Source of the DNA: a virus | Lineage: Duplodnaviria; Caudoviricetes | Length of the DNA stretch: 64,000 nucleotides | Reading direction: 5' to 3' (one strand) | Virus record (IMG/VR): IMGVR_UViG_3300031857_000156 | Coordinates: 79 to 64,078 of that record | In this document: positions 49,250 through 58,627 of the stretch, piece after piece | Layout: each line of letters begins with the position of its first letter | How positions within the stretch are numbered: position 1 is the first letter of the stretch | Program-made: the position numbers and the translations under genes | The notes under the pieces: model-generated | What the model saw: only the letters and a program-made list of their open reading frames with translations | Databases searched by the model: none | What the model was told of the DNA's origin: nothing

Positions 49250-49330
49250 GGGGTTGGAATAGTTTCGACGTGGGCCAAGGCCTAAGCGGCAACCTTGCGG
49301 ACCTGGGTGCGATTCCCAGCAACTCCACCA
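49250..49330 (+). ncRNA. Mini-tmRNA (tRNA-like domain only)
   Basis: GGGGTTG/CAACTCC-A-CCA acceptor with G3:U70, stemless D-loop ending TTCGAC, GGAC linker, T arm CTGGG-TGCGATT-CCCAG; only about 30 nt between the halves. Confidence 0.85.
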
Positions 49331-49337
49331 AAACATT

Positions 49338-49440
49338 GCCGGGGAAACCGGGGAAACCGGTGACATTTTTGATCATTGTAAATTTGAAATCTTATTTTTT
49401 AGTAATGAAAAAATACCCCGGTTTTACCGGTTTGCCCGGC
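49338..49440. repeat. Third iteron-like palindrome around an AT-rich core
   Basis: CCGGGGAAACCGGGGAAACCGG ... CCGGTTTTACCGGTTTGCCCGG. Confidence 0.6.
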
Positions 49441-49457
49441 GCGTGAAAGGAAACACT

Positions 49458-49646
49458 ATGGAAGACTTCAAAACATTGCCCAAGATGGCAACCGGAGGCT
49501 CCGCAAAGCCTGGCCTGTACGCCAACATCCACGCCAAGCAAGAGCGCATCAAGCGCGGCTCTGGCGAGAAGATGCGTAAGCCCGGCTCCCCTGGCGCCCC
49601 GACAGCTAAGGCATTCAGAGAGTCTGCCAAAACCGCTAAGAAGTGA
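49458..49646 (+). CDS. Small basic protein with MATGG motif
   Basis: PGLYANIHAK...KMRKPGSPGAPT; AAGGA RBS. Confidence 0.7.
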   Translation: MEDFKTLPKMATGGSAKPGLYANIHAKQERIKRGSGEKMRKPGSPGAPTAKAFRESAKTAKK

Positions 49647-50311
49647 CGGCCATAGCAATAGCCAGCACCAGCGGCCAATGCCTGCCGGTGCTGCTAAAGT
49701 CTATTGAGTGTTATGTCCCTAACGATGTGGACGTGTACATCTCATCGGCTTTCGATGTGCAAATGCCAGACCGCCGTGTTGTGTGCATGCCCAACACAGC
49801 GACCAACTTTGGCGACGCGTACAACAAGGTAGTCAAAGTCGCGTTCATGGAGCACGACCTTTTGGTCGTGTCCAACGATGACGTGGTGCTAACGCCGACC
49901 AGCTACGACAAGCTGATGGCTGACTACCGGCTGCTGAGCGAGCAGCACAAGGTAGGCTGGGTAGCAGCAAAATGCGACTACGCCAGGCCAGCCCAAAACA
50001 TCCGGTCTTACAAACAACTAAACGGGCCGCGGTTTCAGGAAGAAGATTGGATTTATGAATGCCAGGTAGTGGCCCCGATCTTCGGTGTAATTAGCCGAGC
50101 CGCATGGCAGGACTATGATCCGATCAATTGGTTCAGTGATGATGTCCAGTGTTACGAGCTTGTTAAGCAAGGCTATAAAAATTTTGTTTCACGCTGTTAC
50201 GTGCACCACGTGGGCAGCCAAACAGTAGGCGAGGACTTTACGAAGTGCAGACAAGAGGCAGAGCCTTGGCTAAAGGCAAACAGGCCCGAATATCATAAAC
50301 TTTGGTACTAA
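49643..50311 (+). CDS. GT2-like glycosyltransferase
   Basis: NFGDAYN, SNDDV, FSDD and YVHHVGSQT motifs. Confidence 0.8.
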   Translation: MTAIAIASTSGQCLPVLLKSIECYVPNDVDVYISSAFDVQMPDRRVVCMPNTATNFGDAYNKVVKVAFMEHDLLVVSNDDVVLTPTSYDKLMADYRLLSEQHKVGWVAAKCDYARPAQNIRSYKQLNGPRFQEEDWIYECQVVAPIFGVISRAAWQDYDPINWFSDDVQCYELVKQGYKNFVSRCYVHHVGSQTVGEDFTKCRQEAEPWLKANRPEYHKLWY

Positions 50312-50313
50312 CC

Positions 50314-50703
50314 ATGGCAAAATCAAAACACGAATTTAAACCAGAGATGTGCGATACGCTCATCGAAATGGGCAAGACCGGGGCATCACAAAAGATGATG
50401 TGGTCCGCGCTCGGCATCTCCGCCGGCGTGGCAGAGACCTGGAAGAAAAAGTATCCTGACTTCGCCGACGCGCTCGGTGTTGCGCTCGTCCACAGCCAAG
50501 CATACTGGGAGCGCGAGATGTTGGCCAACGTGGGCAACAAGGCATTTAACTCCCGCATCGCGGAGATCGCGCTGCGCGGCCAGTTTCCGGCCGACTACAA
50601 AGAGACCCGGGACCAGAAGCTCGAGGTCAAGGCCGACGTGGTGGTGGACTTCTCCGGCGCTGTCAATGACCTGATCAAAAGTCTAAAGGCCGCAAAAGAG
50701 TAA
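50314..50703 (+). CDS. Putative terminase small subunit
   Basis: N-terminal HTH (LGIS...ETWKKKYPDFADA), helical core and beta tail. Confidence 0.6.
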   Translation: MAKSKHEFKPEMCDTLIEMGKTGASQKMMWSALGISAGVAETWKKKYPDFADALGVALVHSQAYWEREMLANVGNKAFNSRIAEIALRGQFPADYKETRDQKLEVKADVVVDFSGAVNDLIKSLKAAKE

Positions 50704-50729
50704 CCGGGAAAGTTACGGCTGTAACCAAA

Positions 50730-50760
50730 AGGGCACTTTTCAGTGCCCTTTTGCATTAGT
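50730..50760 (+). promoter_or_regulatory. Bipartite phage promoter AGGGC-N18-GCATTAGT, overlapping a terminator-like hairpin
   Basis: AAAAGGGCAC-TTTTCA-GTGCCCTTTT followed by GCATTAGT. Confidence 0.7.
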
Positions 50761-50797
50761 GGGAATACTACTAACCCGCCTTACCAGGAGAACCGCC

Positions 50798-51931
50798 TTG
50801 ACTGCGCACGCTATTCTTTCGGCATCTGCCTCCAAACGCTGGCTTACGTGCCAGCCCTCGGCCCGACTCGAGGCCAGCCTACCAGAACCCCCTCGCCGAT
50901 CCGGCGACTTCGACTACAGCCAAGAGGGCACCATGGCCCACACCCTGGCTGAGATAAAGCTTCGCCACCACTTTGGACAAATTGGGATTGAAGAATATGA
51001 ACGCGAATACGAAATCATCAAAAACACGCCGTACTACAACGAAGAGTTCGAGCACTACGTCGACGACTACGTCCTCTACGTTCGTAGCCAGATTGGCGAG
51101 GGCGATCAGCCATTCTTTGAGCAGCGTGTGGATTTTTCTGACTTCGTGCCTGACGGATTTGGTACTGCGGATGTCATTATTATTTCCAAGCACTCAATCC
51201 GAGTCATTGACCTCAAGTTCGGAAAAGGCATCTTCGTCGAAGCCAAAGACAACCCGCAGCTCAGGCTCTACGCGCTCGGCGCGTACTGCAAGTTCAAAGA
51301 CGACTACCCGGACCTCAAAGAAGTCCACTACACGATCCACCAGCCAAGGGTAGAGAACATTTCCACCGACGGCACAACCGTCACAAAGCTGCTGGATTGG
51401 GCGCAGTATTTTGTAAAGCCAAAAGCCAAGCGCGCATGGGCGGGCACCGGCGAGTTCATCCCCGGCGAGCACTGCCAGTTTTGCCGCGCCAAAAGTACAT
51501 GCAGGGCCCGCAGCGACTTTGTCAACGAGGTGGCTAAGCTCGAGTTTAGAGAGCCGGCGCTGCTGACTGATGAGGAGCTCGAGCTGGTGTTCTCCCGAGC
51601 AGGCGATCTGAAATCTTGGGTGAGCGATGTTGAAGGCTACTTCACCGAGCGCGCAATCAAAGACAACCTAGTGCCGGCCGGATATAAGTTAGTGAGTACT
51701 CGCACACATCGTAAGATCTCAGATCAGCCGCTTGCAGCCCAGGTTCTTTTGGAGAATAATTTTAAAGAGGACGACATCTGGGAGCCGCGGACTTTGAGAT
51801 CGATTGCACAGCTTGAAAAGCTGGCTAAAAAGGGCCATGTGGCCTCGCTACTGGGTGGGCTGATCGTCAGACCTGAAGGCGGCCAGAAGCTCGTCAAAGA
51901 CCAAAATTTAGCCGCCGAGGACTTTAAATGA
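50798..51931 (+). CDS. DUF2800 Cas4-like PD-(D/E)XK nuclease
   Basis: HAILSAS...W..C, GTMAH, FGTAD, IDLKFG, QLRLYALG and HCQFCRAK..C motifs; TTG start after AGGAG. Confidence 0.88.
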   Translation: MTAHAILSASASKRWLTCQPSARLEASLPEPPRRSGDFDYSQEGTMAHTLAEIKLRHHFGQIGIEEYEREYEIIKNTPYYNEEFEHYVDDYVLYVRSQIGEGDQPFFEQRVDFSDFVPDGFGTADVIIISKHSIRVIDLKFGKGIFVEAKDNPQLRLYALGAYCKFKDDYPDLKEVHYTIHQPRVENISTDGTTVTKLLDWAQYFVKPKAKRAWAGTGEFIPGEHCQFCRAKSTCRARSDFVNEVAKLEFREPALLTDEELELVFSRAGDLKSWVSDVEGYFTERAIKDNLVPAGYKLVSTRTHRKISDQPLAAQVLLENNFKEDDIWEPRTLRSIAQLEKLAKKGHVASLLGGLIVRPEGGQKLVKDQNLAAEDFK

Positions 51932-52060
51932 GCCCGCAGCTGTTTCTCAGCATGGTGGGGCTGATGTATATCGCCACCTGCTTGTCTTACTTTAAGATCC
52001 GTCGCATAGGCATGATGGTGGCTTTTATTGGTTATACTATCGGACAGATCGGTTTGATAA

Positions 52061-52342
52061 TTGATGCCTATGAGATGGGCGGCGATGATAGTAGTTGAGC
52101 AGGGCAAAAAGTTTGAAGTGCCTGATAACATGATTGAAAATTACAAGAGTGATTTTCAGGATATGAAAATTAAGCACGACAGAGAGACGCTGACATTTTT
52201 TAGAAACGCGGTAATAATTATGTTGGCAATGGCCAAACAAGACGCCGGACGCTTGAAAGACCCTGACTTTGTTGGGGATATTATTAGGGCCCTTGCGGTG
52301 CGCGAGGCTTTAAAGCAGACTAACATGCTGTACGATGCGTAA
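52061..52342 (+). CDS. Hypothetical protein
   Basis: ORF in operon orientation; start uncertain. Confidence 0.55.
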   Translation: MMPMRWAAMIVVEQGKKFEVPDNMIENYKSDFQDMKIKHDRETLTFFRNAVIIMLAMAKQDAGRLKDPDFVGDIIRALAVREALKQTNMLYDA

Positions 52343-52374
52343 TTCCATATCGTGCAACAAAAAAGTATGCAGTT

Positions 52375-52385
52375 TTTGCATAAGT
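52375..52385 (+). promoter_or_regulatory. Phage middle/late promoter core (TTTGCATAAGT)
   Basis: Consensus copy upstream of the SSB gene. Confidence 0.7.
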
Positions 52386-52448
52386 AGTAGTACGGGATTA
52401 AAGAGCTAACCCGATAAATCAGCTCAAACGTCTAACAAGGAAGCCAAG

Positions 52449-52961
52449 ATGGCAAAAGCAATCAAAGTAGTAACAGGCAAGGTTCGTTTCTCTTACGCTC
52501 ATGTGTTTCAGCCCCAGACTCCCAACGAGGGCGGCACACCAAAGTACTCCGTGTCTTTGATCATTCCAAAGAGCGACAAAGAAACCATCGAGAAGATCAA
52601 CAAGGCTGTTGAAGAGGCAAAGAAAGAGTACGCCACCATCTGGGGCGGCACTGTTCCTAAAGGCCTCAAAGGCGGTCTGCGCGATGGTGACGCTGAGAAA
52701 GACGATCCTGCTTATGAAAATTCGTACTTCATCAATGCAAACTCCACGCAAAAACCTGGAGTCGTTGACGCGGATCTAAATCCGATCATGGATGTGTCGG
52801 AGTTTTACTCCGGCTGCTTTGGTCGCGCTTCGATCAGTTTTTACGGCTACAACAGCAACGGCTCTAAAGGCGTTGGCTGCGGTTTGAATAACGTCCAGAA
52901 ACTCGAAGACGGTGAAAAGCTTGGTGGTGCTACAAGCGCAACCGTGGATTTTGCGATTTAA
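52449..52961 (+). CDS. DUF2815 single-stranded DNA-binding protein
   Basis: VRFSYA, KYSVSLIIPK, LRDGD, YSGC and GLNNVQK..DGEKLGG motifs. Confidence 0.9.
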   Translation: MAKAIKVVTGKVRFSYAHVFQPQTPNEGGTPKYSVSLIIPKSDKETIEKINKAVEEAKKEYATIWGGTVPKGLKGGLRDGDAEKDDPAYENSYFINANSTQKPGVVDADLNPIMDVSEFYSGCFGRASISFYGYNSNGSKGVGCGLNNVQKLEDGEKLGGATSATVDFAI

Positions 52962-53056
52962 AAGACTAACCCCTGCAATCCGCGCTGCCATTTTTCGTGG
53001 CGCGCGGCTCGCTTCTGTACAGGAGAAAAAATTGAAAGTTAAAAAGGCAGAAAAAA

Positions 53057-53391
53057 TGAGTTTTTATCGATTCTTCCCCAACAACCAAAACTTTGTAGTC
53101 GCTTCGGGCGAAGCTCGTAGTCCTACAGATTTTTGGATGTCACTGGACTTTGGTGATGGTTCAGAAAAAGCCTCATTTTCATTCGGTGATTGGAACAATA
53201 AGGCTTCCATGGAATTGCTCAAGAGCATGCAACGTGCTGTTGAGGAAGCGATGGAGTTCTATGAGAAAGCCCTTAACCTGCCCCCGGTTACCAAAAATCT
53301 CTCCAAAGATTATGATAGTATGCTAAGCAGCCTTAAGCCCGTGGCTCCCAAAAAGAGGCCCGCGGTCAAGAAAGCAAAAGCTAAGTCGTAA
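53057..53391 (+). CDS. Hypothetical protein
   Basis: Probable start at or near MSFYRF; exact start uncertain. Confidence 0.55.
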
Positions 53392-53407
53392 TTCTTTTCT
53401 GCAGTAA

Positions 53408-53478
53408 GCCGTCTTCGTCTAACAATTAAGTGTCCCGGGCTACCCGGGAAGATGTGGTGTGAGAATCCCACAGGCGGC
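53408..53478 (+). ncRNA. Degenerate tRNA-like element followed by a T tract
   Basis: GCCGTCT/AGGCGGC acceptor-like stem, TCCCG-GGCTACC-CGGGA arm, GTGG..TGAGAAT-CCCAC arm; no CCA. Confidence 0.45.
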
Positions 53479-53514
53479 TTTTTTTACTTCACCATTTACC
53501 AAAAAGAAAAATAC

Positions 53515-55380
53515 ATGGACCAGTATCAAGAATACATCGCAGCAAGCCGTTACGCCCGTTACATCGACGAAAAGGGAAGACGCGAGAATTGGAGCGAAAC
53601 GGTGTGGCGTTATGTTGACTACATCTTTTCACGCACGCCGGCAATTGCAGAAAACCAAGATTTAAAACACCGCGTTTACAGTTCGATCTATGAATTAAAA
53701 GTTATGCCGTCCATGCGTGCTGTGATGACGGCAGGAAAGAGTGCAGATCGTGACAATACCTGTGTCTATAATTGTTCATATCTCCCCGTCGACGATCCGA
53801 AGTCTTTCGACGAAGCTATGTTCATCCTGCTCTGCGGTACTGGTGTCGGGTTCAGTGTTGAATCCAAATATGTTACTCAGCTGCCCGAGGTGCCGGAAAA
53901 ACTTTTTAACAGCGACCACGTCATCTCGGTCCACGACTCAAAAGAAGGCTGGGCGAAAGCGCTAAGGTTGTTAATCGCTCACCTGTATGCCGGCGAGATC
54001 CCGAAGTGGGATGTCTCGAGCGTCAGGCCCGCGGGCGCCAGACTTAAAACATTTGGTGGCCGCGCATCGGGGCCCGAACCCCTGGTTGATTTGTTCCAGT
54101 TTGTTGTCAACACATTCAAGCACGCGACGGGCCGCAAGCTAAACTCGCTTGAGTGCCATGATGTTATGTGTAAAATTGGTGAGGTTGTAGTCGTTGGTGG
54201 CGTGCGTCGCTCCGCCATGATCTCTCTGTCTGATCTCGATGACGAAAGGATTCGCCATGCCAAAGCTGGTCCTTGGTGGGAAACTGCTCCCCATCGTGCA
54301 CTCGCCAACAATAGCGCGGTTTACAATGAGACTCCGACGGTTGGAAAGTTCATGGAAGAGTGGCTGTCCTTATACAACTCACATTCTGGCGAACGAGGAA
54401 TTTTTAATCGTGAGGCTGCGCGTAAGACCGTTGCAAAATATGGGCATCGCGATCCCGACCATGAGTTTGGAACAAACCCCTGCTCTGAAATTATTCTTCG
54501 ACCGTATCAGTTCTGTAATCTCACAGAGGTTGTCGTTCGTGCAGATGACACGATTGATACGCTTAAAGATAAAGTGGAGCTGGCTACGATTCTTGGCACA
54601 ATCCAGGCCACGTTTACAAAGTTCCCGTATCTCCGTAAAGTCTGGCAGCGCAACACCGAAGAAGAAAGATTGTTAGGTGTTTCGCTAACAGGCATCTATG
54701 ACAATGACATGATGGTGCAGGGCAAAGAGGATGTGTTGTCCGTCTTGCGCGAGCATGCCAGAAAGGTAAATGACGAATATGCCACGCTCCTCGGAATACC
54801 TAAATCTGCTGCTATCACTTGTGTTAAGCCATCAGGAACAGTATCACAGCTTGTCGATTCAGCTTCTGGAATACACCCAAGACACTCCAAATATTACATC
54901 CGAAGAGTACGAGGAGATAAAAAAGATCCTCTTACATCTTTCCTCGTCGGACAAGGAGTTCCATCAGAAGATTGCGTCTATAAGCCGACCCAGACTACGG
55001 TGTTTAGTTTTCCCCAAAAGGCCCCCGCTGGGGTTGTCAGATCAGATGTGACGCCGATCTCCCACCTGGAAAACTGGCTGCGCTATCAGCGGCACTGGTG
55101 TGAACACAAGCCGTCTGTTACAATCTCTGTCGAAGAGAAAGACTGGCCGACGGTTGGCGCGTGGGTCTGGGAACACTTTGATGAGATCTCCGGCGTATCG
55201 TTTTTGCCGTATGATGGTGGCACGTATCGTCAGGCACCCTATGAGGAGTGTACTGAAGAGGAATACAACCAGCTAAAAGCTAAGATGCCAACGCTGGATT
55301 GGAGTAAGTTTCGTGAAGAGACGGACAACGTCGAGGGAGCTCAAATGCTTGCCTGCGTTTCCGGAGTCTGCGAAATATAG
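53515..55380 (+). CDS. nrdJ: Class II (B12-dependent) ribonucleotide reductase
   Basis: MPSMR, YNC, GGVRRSA, TNPCSEI, FCNL, VKPSGT and C-terminal CVSGVC; no small subunit gene recognised. Confidence 0.93.
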   Translation: MDQYQEYIAASRYARYIDEKGRRENWSETVWRYVDYIFSRTPAIAENQDLKHRVYSSIYELKVMPSMRAVMTAGKSADRDNTCVYNCSYLPVDDPKSFDEAMFILLCGTGVGFSVESKYVTQLPEVPEKLFNSDHVISVHDSKEGWAKALRLLIAHLYAGEIPKWDVSSVRPAGARLKTFGGRASGPEPLVDLFQFVVNTFKHATGRKLNSLECHDVMCKIGEVVVVGGVRRSAMISLSDLDDERIRHAKAGPWWETAPHRALANNSAVYNETPTVGKFMEEWLSLYNSHSGERGIFNREAARKTVAKYGHRDPDHEFGTNPCSEIILRPYQFCNLTEVVVRADDTIDTLKDKVELATILGTIQATFTKFPYLRKVWQRNTEEERLLGVSLTGIYDNDMMVQGKEDVLSVLREHARKVNDEYATLLGIPKSAAITCVKPSGTVSQLVDSASGIHPRHSKYYIRRVRGDKKDPLTSFLVGQGVPSEDCVYKPTQTTVFSFPQKAPAGVVRSDVTPISHLENWLRYQRHWCEHKPSVTISVEEKDWPTVGAWVWEHFDEISGVSFLPYDGGTYRQAPYEECTEEEYNQLKAKMPTLDWSKFREETDNVEGAQMLACVSGVCEI

Positions 55381-55408
55381 TTTTGTGGTGCATGGTGAGT
55401 AGTACTTA

Positions 55409-55502
55409 TAGGGGGCGTCAGGCAGGCATCAGAGGATGTGGCAAGCGGAGTATTTTCCTGCCTTCATAACCGCAAGTAGTAGCCACCAAATCTGGCCCCC
55501 TA
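55409..55502 (+). ncRNA. Candidate pseudoknotted ncRNA between nrdJ and the polymerase gene
   Basis: Nested stems TAGGGGGC/GCCCCCTA, CAGA/TCTG, GTGGC/GCCAC, GCGG/CCGC; crossing AGGCAGG/CCTGCCT; followed by a T tract. Confidence 0.65.
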
Positions 55503-55545
55503 CTTTTTTAACCGCCGATACGTCGGCTTGCCTTAGGAGCACAGC

Positions 55546-57444
55546 ATGTCAATTACAGCATCAATCGACTTCGAGACCCGCAGCACTGTAGACCTACCAG
55601 ACTTTGGTTTGGATAAGTACTGCAAGGATCGCACTACCGAAGTCATCTGCATGGCGTATTCGATTGACGGAAACGCCGTCCGCATTTGGACACCGGACCA
55701 AATGCCTCCCGAGTGGCTCTTTGACCCCGAGACAAAATTCACCGCATGGAATGCGGCGTTCGAGGCCAACATCATGCGCCACGTTCTCAAGATCCCCGTC
55801 GCTTGGAGTCAATTCATAGACAGCATGGCCCTAGCCGCGGCCAACAATCTTCCACAATCATTGGAAGAGTGTGCGCTCGTGCTAAAAGTGACCGATCAAA
55901 AAGATCCCACCGGCAAGCGGCTCATTCAAAAACTCTCCAAACCAAAACGCAACGGGGAGTTTGAAAAGGATTCTCTCTTGCTCGCGCAGATGTATGAGTA
56001 CTGTAAGCAGGACGTGCGCACCGAGATGGCCGTGGCACGCGAGCTACGCGCGCTGACGGATAGAGAGCAGCGTGTGTGGGAGATAACGCAGATGATTAAC
56101 GACCGCGGCGTGCCAGTCGATCCTGCCGAGCTTAATCATGCGATTGCCGCCGTGACAATTAACAAGGCGCAAATTAACTCGGAGATCACTGCGCTGACCG
56201 GCGGCATCACGGCCAATCAGCCGGCGAAGTTAGCTGAGATCCTCCGGGCCTCTGGGGTCGCCGTCGATGACCTTACCGCTGAGACGGTCAGCAAACTCCT
56301 TGCTAGTTCCGATACACCAAAGCAGGTCCGGCGGATTTTGGAGCTGCGGCGGCTCGGTTCGCTCACCAGCGTAGCCAAGTATGAAAAGATGCTCGAGGTT
56401 CAAGTCGGCGGCCGTATCCGCAACACGCTCGTCTACCACGGCGCCAGCACCGGCCGCTTCGCTTCCAGGGGCGGGCTTAATCTTCAAAACCTGGCCAGGC
56501 CAACATTGGACGATAAGGCCATAGAGGAGGCCGTAGAGCGGATCTTAGTGCTGGGTAGAGGCGGCACCATGGACGAGCTATCCAGCCTCGTACGGAGCGC
56601 CATAAAGGCTCCTAGCGGGTATGTTTTTGTGGACGCTGATTTCTCAAGTATAGAGAACAGGGTCGCGTCCTGGATTGCCGGCCAGAATGACAAGGTGGAG
56701 CTTTTCCGTCAGGGCTTAGATGAATACAAGACGTTTGCCGCTAATAGCCTGTATGGGGTGCCGTACGAGGAAGTTACCAAAGAGATGCGGCAGGTGTCTA
56801 AGTCGGCCGTTCTCGGGTGCATGTTTGGGCAGGGTTCCCGCGGGCTGGTTGAGTATGCTGAGGGGATGGGTGTCACACTAAGCGAAGCCCAGAGCGAGAG
56901 GGCTGTTAAAGCTTACCGCCAGGAGTACCACATGGTTAAGTCCACTTGGTACGATTACGAAACTTGTGCGGTACAAGCTATACAGAATCCTGGCGAGGGC
57001 GTTAAGTCAGGCAGAGTGGCGTTTAAGGTTGCCAAGCACGCACTGTGGATGCAGCTACCCAGCGGGCGGCTTATCTGCTGGCGGGATCCAAAGGTCGAGG
57101 ACCAGCTGACTCCCTGGGGCGAAATGAGGCCCGGGGTCACTGTTTTCAACCAAAACACTTTTACTAGGAAGTGGGGTCGAAACAAGCTTATTGGATCGAG
57201 TATATTTCAGAGTGCTGTGCAGGCTACTGCCAGGGATATGCTTACCGAGGCTATGCTTGCGCTTGACGAAAAAGGATTTGAAGTGGTCAACAGCGTTCAC
57301 GATGAGGTTCTCCTGTTGGTTAAGCAGGCAGATGCAGAGTCCGCCTTGGGACGGGCGATCGATTTAATGACCACTCCTCCCAAATGGGCTCCTGATTTTC
57401 CTCTAGCCGCTGAGGGCTGGCACGGCAAGCGCTACCGCAAGTAG
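55546..57444 (+). CDS. polA: Family A DNA polymerase
   Basis: Exonuclease IDFET, WNAAFE and YCKQDV; TGRFAS; motif A DFSSIENR; motif B RQVSK; motif C VHDE. Confidence 0.93.
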   Translation: MSITASIDFETRSTVDLPDFGLDKYCKDRTTEVICMAYSIDGNAVRIWTPDQMPPEWLFDPETKFTAWNAAFEANIMRHVLKIPVAWSQFIDSMALAAANNLPQSLEECALVLKVTDQKDPTGKRLIQKLSKPKRNGEFEKDSLLLAQMYEYCKQDVRTEMAVARELRALTDREQRVWEITQMINDRGVPVDPAELNHAIAAVTINKAQINSEITALTGGITANQPAKLAEILRASGVAVDDLTAETVSKLLASSDTPKQVRRILELRRLGSLTSVAKYEKMLEVQVGGRIRNTLVYHGASTGRFASRGGLNLQNLARPTLDDKAIEEAVERILVLGRGGTMDELSSLVRSAIKAPSGYVFVDADFSSIENRVASWIAGQNDKVELFRQGLDEYKTFAANSLYGVPYEEVTKEMRQVSKSAVLGCMFGQGSRGLVEYAEGMGVTLSEAQSERAVKAYRQEYHMVKSTWYDYETCAVQAIQNPGEGVKSGRVAFKVAKHALWMQLPSGRLICWRDPKVEDQLTPWGEMRPGVTVFNQNTFTRKWGRNKLIGSSIFQSAVQATARDMLTEAMLALDEKGFEVVNSVHDEVLLLVKQADAESALGRAIDLMTTPPKWAPDFPLAAEGWHGKRYRK

Positions 57445-57445
57445 G

Positions 57446-58627
57446 CTAACAGTTCCAGGCCCGCAGCGATTTGTTAATGCGGCTATCGGGATCGTTAGCC
57501 GTTTTGGCAGACGTAAGTTTCTTCTTCATGCCCGTCATCCGGGCACAGAATGACTTCTTGCGCGGGCCTCCCTCCGGCTGGGGACGCTTCAATGTGCCGC
57601 CGGTCTCTGCCTTATAAGATGCCCGTCCCTTGGCGTTTAGCCCGCCCTCTGGGTTCTTGCCCTCTTTGCGCTGCCATGCAGGCGTCTTGCCGCCTTCTTT
57701 GCGCTCAATTATCTGAGAGGACACAACATCGAGCGGGCTTAGCTCGCGCGCCTGCGTGGTGACATACTCGCGATTAAGCTGATCAATTGGCAGTGAGTGG
57801 CCATACCTGCGGCCGGCAAACGGATCCACCAGGACGGTCTCTAGGCCGGGCCTCTGACCCGTCTGCGCTGCCCGCTTGTCGGCGTAGTACTCAGCCACCC
57901 GACGCTGCGGTGACACAAAGACGCGCTCTTTATCTGGCGCGCCAGCAAAGCCGCGGTACATTTGCTGCAGCATTTTGGCAGTGTGCCCACCGCCGGCCAT
58001 CTCTTCTACCTCGCCGCCTTCTGCCTTCTTGCGGATCATGGCGCCAGCCGGGCCCAAGCCCAGTCGCTCGATGTCATAACCCTGGCCTAGCATATAACGG
58101 AGGTACTCCTGCAGCTCTGCCGGCGTGAAGCCTTTTTGGTAGGTGTCGCGCGATGTGATGATGGATGTCGGCTCGGGACCAGGGCGGCCCGTGGCTTTCA
58201 TAACATCACCGCCGCGGGTTGTAATTATGCCAAGACCACCCGGCTCCATGACCCGGCCGATATCTCTCACAATCTCGTCTCTAGCCTCTCTGGGAACCAC
58301 GTTCAAAACATTGAGGTTTGTAAGCCGATTGTAGGCGTCTGAAGGGATTTCACTGGCCTGCGAATAGGTAGGCGACCACCCACGCGCAAACGGCTCATAG
58401 GTCTCGTATTGACCTGGCATAGCCTGCGCGCCTTTTCCAAGGCCTGCACCATAGTCAAGCCCGCGACCCATGGCACCGCGCTGGGCAAAAACGTCCGCTG
58501 CCTTTTGGTAGGTAGGCAACGTGCCGGGGATCTGGGTGCGAGCTGCGTTGGCAGCGGGCGGAAGTTCCGCTTGTTTTCCTTGCGCAACAAGCTTAATTAA
58601 AGCATCTAATCCGCTTTTTGTTTTCAT
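57446..58627 (-). CDS. Polyvalent protein: methyltransferase, ART-like domain and basic DUF6321-like domain
   Basis: LDYGAGLG...NVLNVV; YRG...FVSP...AEYYA; TPAWQRKEGKNPEGGLN...SFCARM. Confidence 0.7.
   Translation of the reverse strand: MKTKSGLDALIKLVAQGKQAELPPAANAARTQIPGTLPTYQKAADVFAQRGAMGRGLDYGAGLGKGAQAMPGQYETYEPFARGWSPTYSQASEIPSDAYNRLTNLNVLNVVPREARDEIVRDIGRVMEPGGLGIITTRGGDVMKATGRPGPEPTSIITSRDTYQKGFTPAELQEYLRYMLGQGYDIERLGLGPAGAMIRKKAEGGEVEEMAGGGHTAKMLQQMYRGFAGAPDKERVFVSPQRRVAEYYADKRAAQTGQRPGLETVLVDPFAGRRYGHSLPIDQLNREYVTTQARELSPLDVVSSQIIERKEGGKTPAWQRKEGKNPEGGLNAKGRASYKAETGGTLKRPQPEGGPRKKSFCARMTGMKKKLTSAKTANDPDSRINKSLRAWNC

Noticed and set aside
49250-49330. Ordinary tRNA-Ala or a permuted two-piece tmRNA
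   Set aside because: No D stem or canonical anticodon arm; the 5' strand precedes the CCA end, the opposite of the permuted gene order.
53408-53478. Amber suppressor tRNA or TAG recoding
   Set aside because: Non-canonical loops, no CCA, and long genes are intact in the standard code with TAG used as stop.
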